In this document: positions 56,636 through 64,000 of the stretch, one piece after another
How the letters are laid out: every line of letters starts with the position of its first letter
Numbering within the stretch: position 1 is the first letter of the stretch
DNA from: an uncultured Phycisphaerales bacterium
GTDB lineage: Bacteria; Planctomycetota; B15-G4; CAYZWU01
DNA: 64,000 bases
Direction of reading: 5' to 3'
NCBI GenBank assembly: GCA_964482235.1
Contig: CAYZWU010000030.1
Span: 2,857 to 66,856 of the forward strand
Translations under genes and position numbers: made by a program
Notes under the pieces: generated by a model
Seen by the model: the letters and a program-made list of their open reading frames with translations, nothing else
Told to the model about the DNA's origin: nothing
Databases searched by the model: none

Positions 56636-57700
56636 ATGAATCCGACCAAGGCTCTTGTCATCCACAACAACTGCACCGGCGGCTGCCGGTTCTGTTTCGT
56701 CGAGCCCTACCGCAGGGACGATGCCGAGGAGACAGCCAGCCTCCTGGACGAGACGAAGCGCCTCGGCATCGATTCGAGGCTCTTCCATCTGGGCCGGATC
56801 GATGAAGAGCTTTCAAGGCGTCATCCCCAGCCCGAGGAGATGCAGTGCTTCGGCAACCGGGGCCGCGACGGGTACTCGAATCCGGCCGAAGTCAGCTTCA
56901 ACCTTCACGGACCCAGCGCCCAGGTCCATGAGCTTCTAGCTCCCCGGGGCGAGTTCGACGCGATTCTCGAGGAGATCGGGAATCACCGCGACAACGGAGC
57001 GGGCCCCCTCATTCAAATATTCTCCGTCATCCACGAGAAGAACTTCCGCCTGATGGAGGAGATGTGCCGGCTGTTCCACGAGCTCGGCGCCGATCGCGTC
57101 TTCTTCCTCAAGCTCAGCTATGGAGGGAGAAACAGGAAGCTGCCCGCGGACATGTTCATGACGCGGGACAGCATCGCTCGCTTCCTGACCTCCTACGACC
57201 GGATTCGCTTCCGCCTGAAGCCCACGAGGTTCCTGCTCCTGCACAACTGGGGGCCGAGATACTCCCACTTCAAGCAGCTCTGCGGCAGGCTGCTCAGATG
57301 GTTCTCCACGGGAGCGTTCTGCGAGACGGGAAGAGACGAGGTCGCCGTCCAGGCCTCCACGAAAGAGATCTACGCCTGCCGGTTCACCGTGACCGTTCCG
57401 GTCTTCAGGATGGGGCGCTTCGATCCCGACAGGGGGATGATCATCGACAACGACTGGTTTCCAACGCTTCACGAGAATGTCGAAGAGCCGTGCCGGAGCT
57501 GCCGGGTCTTTCACTCCTGCCAGGGCGGTTGCCGTTCGGAAGCGGTCTCGGAGAAGTACCGGCTGACCGGAGAAATGGACGTCAACGCCGGCTTCGACAA
57601 CTGCATGGTCAGCGCCGGTTCGGTCAGGCTCATCAACTGGCGGGAGGATTCGATCTCCGTGCTGAGGGTGCTGGGGAAGCTCTTTCCGTTCTTCAGATGA
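56636..57700 (+). CDS. radical SAM protein with C-terminal SPASM/twitch-type Cys cluster
   Basis: CTGGCRFC (Cx3Cx2C) at residues 13-20. C-terminal CRSCRVFHSCQGGCRS...C. 354 aa. Confidence 0.7.
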   Translation: MNPTKALVIHNNCTGGCRFCFVEPYRRDDAEETASLLDETKRLGIDSRLFHLGRIDEELSRRHPQPEEMQCFGNRGRDGYSNPAEVSFNLHGPSAQVHELLAPRGEFDAILEEIGNHRDNGAGPLIQIFSVIHEKNFRLMEEMCRLFHELGADRVFFLKLSYGGRNRKLPADMFMTRDSIARFLTSYDRIRFRLKPTRFLLLHNWGPRYSHFKQLCGRLLRWFSTGAFCETGRDEVAVQASTKEIYACRFTVTVPVFRMGRFDPDRGMIIDNDWFPTLHENVEEPCRSCRVFHSCQGGCRSEAVSEKYRLTGEMDVNAGFDNCMVSAGSVRLINWREDSISVLRVLGKLFPFFR

Positions 57701-57723
57701 CCGCCGCGCCCGGCGAGGGCTGC

Positions 57724-58974
57724 CTACCTGCCCAGCCGATGCATCATCTTGATCCACATGCGGCGGAAGGGGAGCAGCTGCTTCAGGACCCAGACGGCCG
57801 GTTTGAACCAGAACCGCTCGAAGTCATTTGCCACGTCCTCGAGAAGGTCGGGGATCGCCAGGTTCTGCGGGCACTTCTCGATGCAGCTGCCGCATTGCTG
57901 GCAGAGCGACGCATTGGAGGGCGTTCCGCTCATCACTCCTCCCAGGCGCGCGATGTAGAAGAAGCCGAAGAACTTCCTGCCACCGAACATGTGGACATGG
58001 TTGTACATCAGGAAGCATCCCTGGATATCGACACCCGATGGACAGGGCATGCAGTACTGGCAGCCGGTGCAGCCGACCTTCATGAGGCGCGTGTAGGCGG
58101 CGGCGACCTGCTCGACCAGCTCGAGCTCCGATCGGGACAGCGAACCGGGATGCGCCTCCGCTGCCGTCGCGATGTTCTCGTCAGCCTGGCTCTGCTCGTT
58201 CATCCCCGAGAGGATCATGGTCACCTCGGGCCGGTTCCAGATCCAGCGGAGAGCCCACTCGGCCGGAGTGCGCCGGACTTCCGCGCCGTCCCAGAGCGCG
58301 GCGACCTCCGCGGGCAGGTTGCGGCAGAGGTTCCCGCCGCGGAGAGGCTCCATCACGATCACCGCGAGATTCTTCGAGGCGGCGTACTCGAGTCCCTCGG
58401 TGCCCGCCTGGTTGTACTCGTCGAGGATGTTGTACTGGATCTGGCAGAACTCCCAGTCATGGGCGTCCACGATCCGCTTGAAGTCCTCCTTGCTGCCGTG
58501 GAAGGAGAATCCCCTGTTGACGATGCGGCCGTCCCGCTTCGCGCTGTCCAGGAACTCGAGGACGCCGAGGGCCTCGATCCTGTCCCAGGTCAGGCCGTCG
58601 AGGGTGTGAAGGAGGTAGTAGTCGATCCGATCCGTCTCGAGGCGCCGGAGCTGCACCTCGAGGTAGTCGTCCATGTCCCGACGCGTCAGTACCAGCCACT
58701 GCGGCATCTTGGTGGAGAGCTTCACCTTCTCCCTGTAGCCACCTGCGAGAGCCTTGGCCACCAGGGGCTCGCTTGCCCCGGAGTGATAATTCCAGGCCGT
58801 GTCCACGTAGTTGACACCGCTGTCGATGCAGCGGCGGATCAGCTCGATCGACGCCTTCTCGTCGATCCTGCCGTCGGAGAGGGGCAGTCTCATGGCACCG
58901 AATCCCAGGATCGAGATCTCGTCGCCCGTCTTGGGGACCTTGCGATAGAGCATCCTGTATCTCCGATGGTCCAT
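57724..58974 (-). CDS. aldo/keto reductase fused to a C-terminal 4Fe-4S cluster-binding domain
   Basis: AKR fold (ILGFGAMRL, GVNYVDTAWNY, MEPLRGG) plus CTGCQYCMPCP and CQQCGSCIEKCP motifs. Confidence 0.7.
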   Translation of the reverse strand: MDHRRYRMLYRKVPKTGDEISILGFGAMRLPLSDGRIDEKASIELIRRCIDSGVNYVDTAWNYHSGASEPLVAKALAGGYREKVKLSTKMPQWLVLTRRDMDDYLEVQLRRLETDRIDYYLLHTLDGLTWDRIEALGVLEFLDSAKRDGRIVNRGFSFHGSKEDFKRIVDAHDWEFCQIQYNILDEYNQAGTEGLEYAASKNLAVIVMEPLRGGNLCRNLPAEVAALWDGAEVRRTPAEWALRWIWNRPEVTMILSGMNEQSQADENIATAAEAHPGSLSRSELELVEQVAAAYTRLMKVGCTGCQYCMPCPSGVDIQGCFLMYNHVHMFGGRKFFGFFYIARLGGVMSGTPSNASLCQQCGSCIEKCPQNLAIPDLLEDVANDFERFWFKPAVWVLKQLLPFRRMWIKMMHRLGR

Positions 58975-59176
58975 GAAGAGGATCTGGAATGAGATGCGGC
59001 TTCATCATAGCTTCCGATTGTCTCTGTGAGAACCGGTTTAAAGCCTACAAGAGCTTGTTCCTTCTCTCTTCAGGCTTAGCCAAGCAGATCGTTTGGATGA
59101 GGATGGTCCGCCGTTTTACACGAGGACTCGTCCGCGGGAACGAACGAGCCCTCGTGTTGTTCTCGATAAAGAGGTC

Positions 59177-60772
59177 CTAGAGATTGAACTCCCACCAGTC
59201 CGTGACGGTGATCACCTGGCCGGAACCGTTGAGAGCCGCGGCGCGCCACATGTAGACTCCCGCCTGGGCGGAATTCCACGACGACTGACTGGGGTAGTAG
59301 TAGTTGTCCGACAATCCCGTCAGCGTGATCGTGCCGCCCGAGGGGAGCTGGATCTGGATCGCGTAGGTGGCGGCGCCCGCCGTCCCGGTCCAGCCGAATC
59401 CGAAGGGGCTTGCACCGGAGTTCAGCGTCGAACCGTCGCCGGGCGTGAGGAGGGCGATCTGGGTCGGATCAGGCACCGGGACCGTCAGCGCGCCGTAGGC
59501 GTCGAGGCGGCCGTCGCCGAACTGGAAGTCCCAGCCGGGCGTCCCGAGATCGACCGTGCCGGCGCGCACCATCTGCCTCACCTGGCTCGCGGTGAGCGTG
59601 GGATCCAGCGAGCGGACCAGAGCCGCAACACCGGCGGCATGAGGGCAGGCCATGGAGGTACCGTCAGCGGTATAGTAGCCGCCGCCCTTCCAGGTGCTGA
59701 GAATGTTGACGCCCGGAGCGGCGAGCTCGACGTTCGCTCCTTGCGTGGAGAAACCGGCCAGGCTATCGCTGCTGTTCGTGGCGCTCACGGCCATCACCTG
59801 CGGATAACCGGCCGGATAGTTTAGAGCCGTGTTTCCGCCGTTGCCCGCTGCAGCCACGAAGAGAACGTCGAGGTTCTCGCCGTAGACCACGGCGGCGAGC
59901 TCGGCCTGCGAGAACTGGGTCGAGCCGAGGCTCATGCTGACAATGTTGGCACCGTTGTCAGCGGCATAGAGCATCGCACTGATGATGTCGGAGGAGTAGC
60001 CCATGCCGAGAAGCCCGCCGAGAGCGCGGATCACCATGATGCGGCAGTCCGAGGCAGTGCCGGCCACACCGATGCCGTTGTCCGTCGCGGCAGCCACGGT
60101 GCCTCCGGTGTGCGAACCGTGCCCGTTGTCGTCCTCCGGGTCGGGGTCCTCGTCGCCCTCGGGCGGAGGGATGAGACCGAAGAGAGCCGTCCCGAAGAAG
60201 TCGTACCCGTAGGCGTCGTCCACGTAGCCGTTGCCGTCGTCGTCGATCTGGTTGTTCGGGATCTCATCGATGTTGATCCAGCGCTGATTGACGAGCTCCG
60301 GGTGGTCCTGGTCGACGCCCGTGTCGATCATGGCCACGACGATGTCGTTCGAGCCGAGGGTGATGTCCCAGGCGCTTTCGGCCCGGATCTTCGGGAAAGC
60401 CCACTGCTGGCCGTAGCTCGGATCGTTGGGCGTGAAGAAGGTCTGCCGGACGTAGTTCGGTTCGGCGAACTCCACCTCGGGGTAGAGGGAGAGGAGCTCG
60501 ATCGTCTCGGTCACGCGCCTGTCCGCCACGCGGAAGAGATGGACGTCGATCTGATCGTAGGTGTGTTCGCTGACCATGCCCGCTTCCCTGGAGATCCTGG
60601 TCACGGCGGCCGATTCCACATCGGGCCGGAACTTCACCAGGATGGTGTCGAGGGCATAACCCTGCGACATGATCTGAGCGGCATCGGCCGGAATGCCCTG
60701 ACCGTGCGCCGCAAGGGGCAGAAGGGTGAAGAGGAGCAGGGTGGAGGCTGTCGATAGCAGAAGTCGTTTCAT
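59177..60772 (-). CDS. secreted subtilisin-like serine protease (peptidase S8) with I9-like propeptide and C-terminal extension
   Basis: Signal peptide. Catalytic triad motifs DTGVDQDHP, HGSHTGGTVAA, GTSMACPHAAG. Confidence 0.85.
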   Translation of the reverse strand: MKRLLLSTASTLLLFTLLPLAAHGQGIPADAAQIMSQGYALDTILVKFRPDVESAAVTRISREAGMVSEHTYDQIDVHLFRVADRRVTETIELLSLYPEVEFAEPNYVRQTFFTPNDPSYGQQWAFPKIRAESAWDITLGSNDIVVAMIDTGVDQDHPELVNQRWINIDEIPNNQIDDDGNGYVDDAYGYDFFGTALFGLIPPPEGDEDPDPEDDNGHGSHTGGTVAAATDNGIGVAGTASDCRIMVIRALGGLLGMGYSSDIISAMLYAADNGANIVSMSLGSTQFSQAELAAVVYGENLDVLFVAAAGNGGNTALNYPAGYPQVMAVSATNSSDSLAGFSTQGANVELAAPGVNILSTWKGGGYYTADGTSMACPHAAGVAALVRSLDPTLTASQVRQMVRAGTVDLGTPGWDFQFGDGRLDAYGALTVPVPDPTQIALLTPGDGSTLNSGASPFGFGWTGTAGAATYAIQIQLPSGGTITLTGLSDNYYYPSQSSWNSAQAGVYMWRAAALNGSGQVITVTDWWEFNL

Positions 60773-60808
60773 CTTATTGTCCCTCCTTCGATGGAAAATG
60801 TTGCCAAT

Positions 60809-60832
60809 TTTTGATCACACTTCTGATCAAAA
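60809..60832. promoter_or_regulatory. perfect 9-bp inverted repeat TTTTGATCA-n6-TGATCAAAA, 37-60 bp upstream of the S8 protease start. Candidate operator
   Basis: Read directly from the sequence. Lies in the AT-richer promoter region of the minus-strand protease gene. Confidence 0.35.
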
Positions 60833-61055
60833 GTCTGTTTACTGGGTTTTCTTACTTCAGGCTTTGACCGCATTCACGGACGTGCGCCCGGGGGTGCTCT
60901 GCGGCCCCGCGATTATAGCAGAGAAGGATGAATCGCTCCTATTCAGAAATGCGAAGGGCTTCTCTGCACCTTGCGTGGCCGTGCTAATAGATCGATAGGC
61001 GGACGCGCCACGGCATTTCGCATCTCTTGGATGCGATGCGACAGCAGGAGGGGAA

Positions 61056-63617
61056 ATGGCATCGGACACGATGGATCAAGATGGCCGGGACAGGGGCGAT
61101 TCTTCCGGGATCGACGAGGTCGACCTCTTGAAGGAGTATCTGGAGGGTGGATCGGAAGCGAGGACCCTCGGCGACTTCAAGATCGTCCGCGAGATCGGCA
61201 GGGGCGGCATGGGGACGGTCTACGAGGCGATACAGCTCTCGTTGAACCGCAGGGTCGCCTTGAAGATGCTGCCAAGGCACCTGAGCTTCTCGATGGACGC
61301 CGTCGTCAAGTTCCAGCGCGAGGCCGAGGCCGGCGGCCGGCAGAGGCACCCCGGCATCGTGGCCGTCCATGCCTTGGGGGAGCACGAGGGGGTGCACTAC
61401 ATCGCCCAGGAGCTCGTGAAGGACGGCGTCACCCTTCACGACCGGATCGAATCCCTGCGAAAGACCGGGCGTCTGGAGAGGGGCTACTTCCGCGATACGG
61501 CACGGCTCGTGTCTGACGTGGCCTCGGCTCTCCATCACGCGCACCGGTCCGGGGTGATCCACCGCGACATCAAGCCGTCCAACATCCTGATCACCGAGGA
61601 GGGCCGTCCGAAGGTGACCGACTTCGGCCTGGCCAAGGTTGAGGATGCACTGGCCCTCTCGCGCACCGGTGATTTCGCCGGCACGCCCTTTTACATGTCG
61701 CCCGAGCAGGCGCTGAGCAGACGCATCGGGATCGACCAGCGGACCGACATCTTTTCCCTCGGCGTCACCCTCTACGAGATGATGACCCTGAGCCGCCCCT
61801 TCGACGGCAAGACCTCGCAGGAGATCCTGAAGAAGATCGTCCTCTTCGATCCGAAGGATCCGCGCAAGGTCGATCCGCGCGTGCCGCGCGACCTGGCCGT
61901 GATCTGCTCCAAGGCGCTCGAGAAGGATCCGGCTCGGCGGTACCAGACCATGACCGAGCTCAAGGATGACCTGGAGCGCTTTCTTTCGGGCGACGTGATC
62001 CTGGCCAGACCTGCGGGGCCCGCCTCGCGCTTCTGGAGAAAGGTGAAGCGCAATCCCGTGATCAGCGTCTCGTCGGCCGTCGCGATCTTCGCCGTCGTGG
62101 GGGCTGTCTGCTACGTGCTCTTCTGGGCCTACCCGCGCGTGCGTTCCGAGAAGGAGAAGGCGCTGCAGGCCCGGAAGGCGCTCGAGGAGCAGGTCGATTT
62201 GACCAACGAGCGGTATCATCAGATCGTGGGGCTCTCCGATGTGAAGATCCTCGCCGACCTCGAGGCCGAGATGGAGAAGATCTGGCCGGCACATCCCGAC
62301 AACATTCCACGGATGACGCGCTGGCTCGAGACGGCGGAGAAGCTGGTGGAGCGGGTTCCGGTCCATTCCCGGACGCTCGAAACGCTCCGCGCCAAGGCGT
62401 CGGAGCGGGCGGATGGCCGGTCTTCCGGCGAAGGGGCGGATAAGGCGGATGATGTCCCGCGAAAAGGCGATGCCGGTGTATGGGAGTTCGACACCACCGC
62501 CCTGCAGTGGCAGCACGACACGGTGGAGTACCTGGTCCGGGAGATCGAGAGCCTGTCTAGCGGTGAGAAGGCGGCCATCGATCGGATGCGGGAGCGGCTC
62601 GCTTTTGCCGCGTCGATCGAGGAGAGAAGCATCGCTTCGCATCGGGAGGTGTGGGATCGAGCCGTTTCCTCCATCGCGAACAGGGAGGAGTGTCCAGGCT
62701 ACGAAGGCCTCGCCCTCGACTTCATGGTGGGTTTCGTTCCCCTCGGTCCTGATCCCGATTCCGGGCTCTGGGAATTCGTACATCTTCAGACAGGCGGCAT
62801 TCCCGAGCGCGATGGCAACGGACGCCTCGTCCTGACCGAGGAGACAGGACTGGTCTTCGTCCTGATCCCGGGAGGGACGTTCCGGATGGGGGCGGAAAAG
62901 CCGTCGACGGGATTTCCCGAAGGGAGCGCCAACGCGGATCCCCAGGCGGAGGATCTCGAGAAGCCGGTCCACGGCGTGGACCTGAAACCCTTTTTGATCT
63001 CCAAGTACGAGATGACCCAGGGACAGTGGCTCCGGTTCACAGGCGAAAACCCCAGCCTCTACATGCCTGGAAAGACCCTGGGCGAGCCGATCAACCTGAT
63101 ACACCCCGTGGTGCGTGTGAGCTGGAACGACTGCCGGGAGGTCCTCCATCGCCTGGGGCTGCGCTTTCCCACCGAGGCGGAGTGGGAGTACGCTGCCCGC
63201 GCCGGAACGACGACGATCTTCTGGACGGGGAACGAGAAGAGCTCGCTCGAAGGGGCGGCCAACGTGAGCGACAGCGTCCTGAAGAAGTTCATCAACCAGC
63301 CGACCATGAAGTACGAGGCCTGGTCGGACGGCGCGCCTGTCCATGCGCCGGTGGGAATCTTCAGGGCCAACCTGTTCGGCCTGCACGACATGCACGGCAA
63401 CGTCTGGGAGTGGTGCCGCGACTCCTATGTCCCGAGCTACGAGTCCGCTCCGCGGGACGGCTCGGCGATGGAGTCGAGCGAGACGACGAAGCGGATCGGC
63501 CGCGGCGGTTCATGGTACGACTTCGCGCGGTTTTGCCGTGTGGCCAAGCGGATCGGCTTCGAGCCCACTATCCGCAACGACGGCGTGGGGCTCAGGCCGG
63601 CCTGCTCCATCCCCTGA
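61056..63617 (+). CDS. Hanks-type Ser/Thr protein kinase fused, via a TM helix and coiled linker, to a C-terminal FGE/SUMF1-fold domain
   Basis: Kinase motifs GRGGMGTVYEA, HRDIKPSNILI, DFGLAK, GTPFYMSPE, closely paralogous to 29449..32079. TM VISVSSAVAIFAVVGAVCYVLFWAY. FGE-fold motifs FPTEAEWEYAARAG, GLHDMHGNVWEWC, RGGSWYDFARFCRV. Confidence 0.85.
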   Translation: MASDTMDQDGRDRGDSSGIDEVDLLKEYLEGGSEARTLGDFKIVREIGRGGMGTVYEAIQLSLNRRVALKMLPRHLSFSMDAVVKFQREAEAGGRQRHPGIVAVHALGEHEGVHYIAQELVKDGVTLHDRIESLRKTGRLERGYFRDTARLVSDVASALHHAHRSGVIHRDIKPSNILITEEGRPKVTDFGLAKVEDALALSRTGDFAGTPFYMSPEQALSRRIGIDQRTDIFSLGVTLYEMMTLSRPFDGKTSQEILKKIVLFDPKDPRKVDPRVPRDLAVICSKALEKDPARRYQTMTELKDDLERFLSGDVILARPAGPASRFWRKVKRNPVISVSSAVAIFAVVGAVCYVLFWAYPRVRSEKEKALQARKALEEQVDLTNERYHQIVGLSDVKILADLEAEMEKIWPAHPDNIPRMTRWLETAEKLVERVPVHSRTLETLRAKASERADGRSSGEGADKADDVPRKGDAGVWEFDTTALQWQHDTVEYLVREIESLSSGEKAAIDRMRERLAFAASIEERSIASHREVWDRAVSSIANREECPGYEGLALDFMVGFVPLGPDPDSGLWEFVHLQTGGIPERDGNGRLVLTEETGLVFVLIPGGTFRMGAEKPSTGFPEGSANADPQAEDLEKPVHGVDLKPFLISKYEMTQGQWLRFTGENPSLYMPGKTLGEPINLIHPVVRVSWNDCREVLHRLGLRFPTEAEWEYAARAGTTTIFWTGNEKSSLEGAANVSDSVLKKFINQPTMKYEAWSDGAPVHAPVGIFRANLFGLHDMHGNVWEWCRDSYVPSYESAPRDGSAMESSETTKRIGRGGSWYDFARFCRVAKRIGFEPTIRNDGVGLRPACSIP

Positions 63618-63639
63618 TTTCCCGCCCTCCCGAGCCGGT

Positions 63640-64000
63640 TCACTCCACGTCGCCCGGCTCCTGGACGCTTTTCTCCTTCAGCTCGTCGCGCACGCTCGAG
63701 CAGGTCTCCTTGATCCTCTTGCTTCGGCGTAAGAAAAAGAGAGCCACGCCCACGAGAAGCATGTCGACGATGGCGGCAAAGAGATCGTCGCCCGAGCCGT
63801 CGCGGGAATAGAGAACGAACCTGTAAGCAGCCATCCCGATGAGGACGATGCCGTAGATGATGCAGCAGACGATCATCATACCGGCTTCCTTCATCATCAT
63901 CCCGGCCAGGCCGTCGTAATCATTGTCCTTGAGAAACTTCTTGTGCTGGTAGAGCAGGATCTTCTTCTTGCCCGTCAGCTTCTTCTCGATCTCCTCGTTG
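63640..64000 (-). CDS. hypothetical small membrane protein (C-terminal part). The reading frame stays open to the window end
   Basis: TM-like segments MMIVCCIIYGIVLIGMAAY and AAIVDMLLVGVALFFL. Frame continues upstream of the annotated Met through 64000 (..EEIEKKLTGKKKILLYQHKKFLKDNDYDGLAG..). Confidence 0.4.
   Translation of the reverse strand, partial: NEEIEKKLTGKKKILLYQHKKFLKDNDYDGLAGMMMKEAGMMIVCCIIYGIVLIGMAAYRFVLYSRDGSGDDLFAAIVDMLLVGVALFFLRRSKRIKETCSSVRDELKEKSVQEPGDVE

Noticed and set aside
56585-56641. 18-codon ORF overlapping the rSAM-SPASM start, as a possible RiPP precursor
   Set aside because: Too short. No Cys, Ser or Thr-rich core or recognisable leader. Probably a chance ORF. Kept only as a note inside the rSAM finding.
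58989-59180. 63-aa + strand ORF between the AKR and protease genes
   Set aside because: Lies in a lower-GC convergent/terminator-type spacer antisense to the flanking minus-strand genes. Codon usage is atypical and there is no RBS. The spacer does contain a CACGAGG...CCTCGTG hairpin (59119-59156) that may be a terminator.
60984-63395. 803-aa minus-strand ORF
   Set aside because: Antisense to the kinase-FGE fusion gene, whose kinase and FGE motifs are unambiguous. The composition-driven open frame is typical of high-GC DNA. The same reasoning applies to 51542..54349, 50082..51632, 23483..25699, 26279..28855, 7357..9729, 9760..11241, 11989..14109, 15270..16973, 40396..42513, 57064..58992 and the many Arg/Pro-rich short ORFs.

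Overview
This 64 kb window is a high-GC (roughly 65%) stretch of bacterial chromosome, densely coding on both strands, probably from an anaerobic and likely uncultured lineage. There are no rRNA or tRNA genes and no CRISPR array. Many long antisense ORFs in the six-frame track are high-GC artefacts.

Recognisable housekeeping blocks:
- partial kdsA, an RmlD-like reductase and an archaeal-type phosphoglycerate mutase;
- the pseudouridine synthase rluD;
- a propionyl-CoA to methylmalonyl-CoA to succinyl-CoA cluster: MCM large-subunit barrel without a B12 domain, epimerase, carboxyltransferase, biotin carboxylase and a separate BCCP;
- a lipoate ligase-like gene convergent with gcvH-gcvPA-gcvPB, with no gcvT in the window;
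- pcm;
- iorA-iorB.

Accessory content:
- three secreted or periplasmic FGE/SUMF1-fold domains (one free, one in an operon with an ECF sigma and a TPR Ser/Thr kinase, one fused to a paralogous kinase), all lacking the catalytic Cys pair;
- two divergent giant surface proteins built from carboxypeptidase-regulatory-like repeats;
- a TPR / HExxH / DUF1080-like / cysteine-less thioredoxin-fold protein and a motif-dead paralogue;
- a HEAT-vWA secreted protein, a BNR beta-propeller lipoprotein and an S8 protease;
- a standalone rSAM-SPASM enzyme.

Three accessory regions are the best candidates for undescribed biology:
(1) a co-directional five-gene block (RmlC-like cupin, PAP2-family membrane enzyme, NAD-dependent epimerase/dehydratase-family reductase, GNAT-fold acyltransferase, serine-palmitoyltransferase-like alpha-oxoamine synthase) with a divergently transcribed GT2, resembling the bacterial Spt/bCerS/CerR ceramide pathway with head-group functions;
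(2) an operon B12-radical-SAM / PtsN-like EIIA / 63-aa Cys-rich protein / iorA / iorB;
(3) a lower-GC 1.5 kb insert carrying a DUF4143-type AAA ATPase, flanked by imperfect direct repeats that duplicate the 3' end of iorB.
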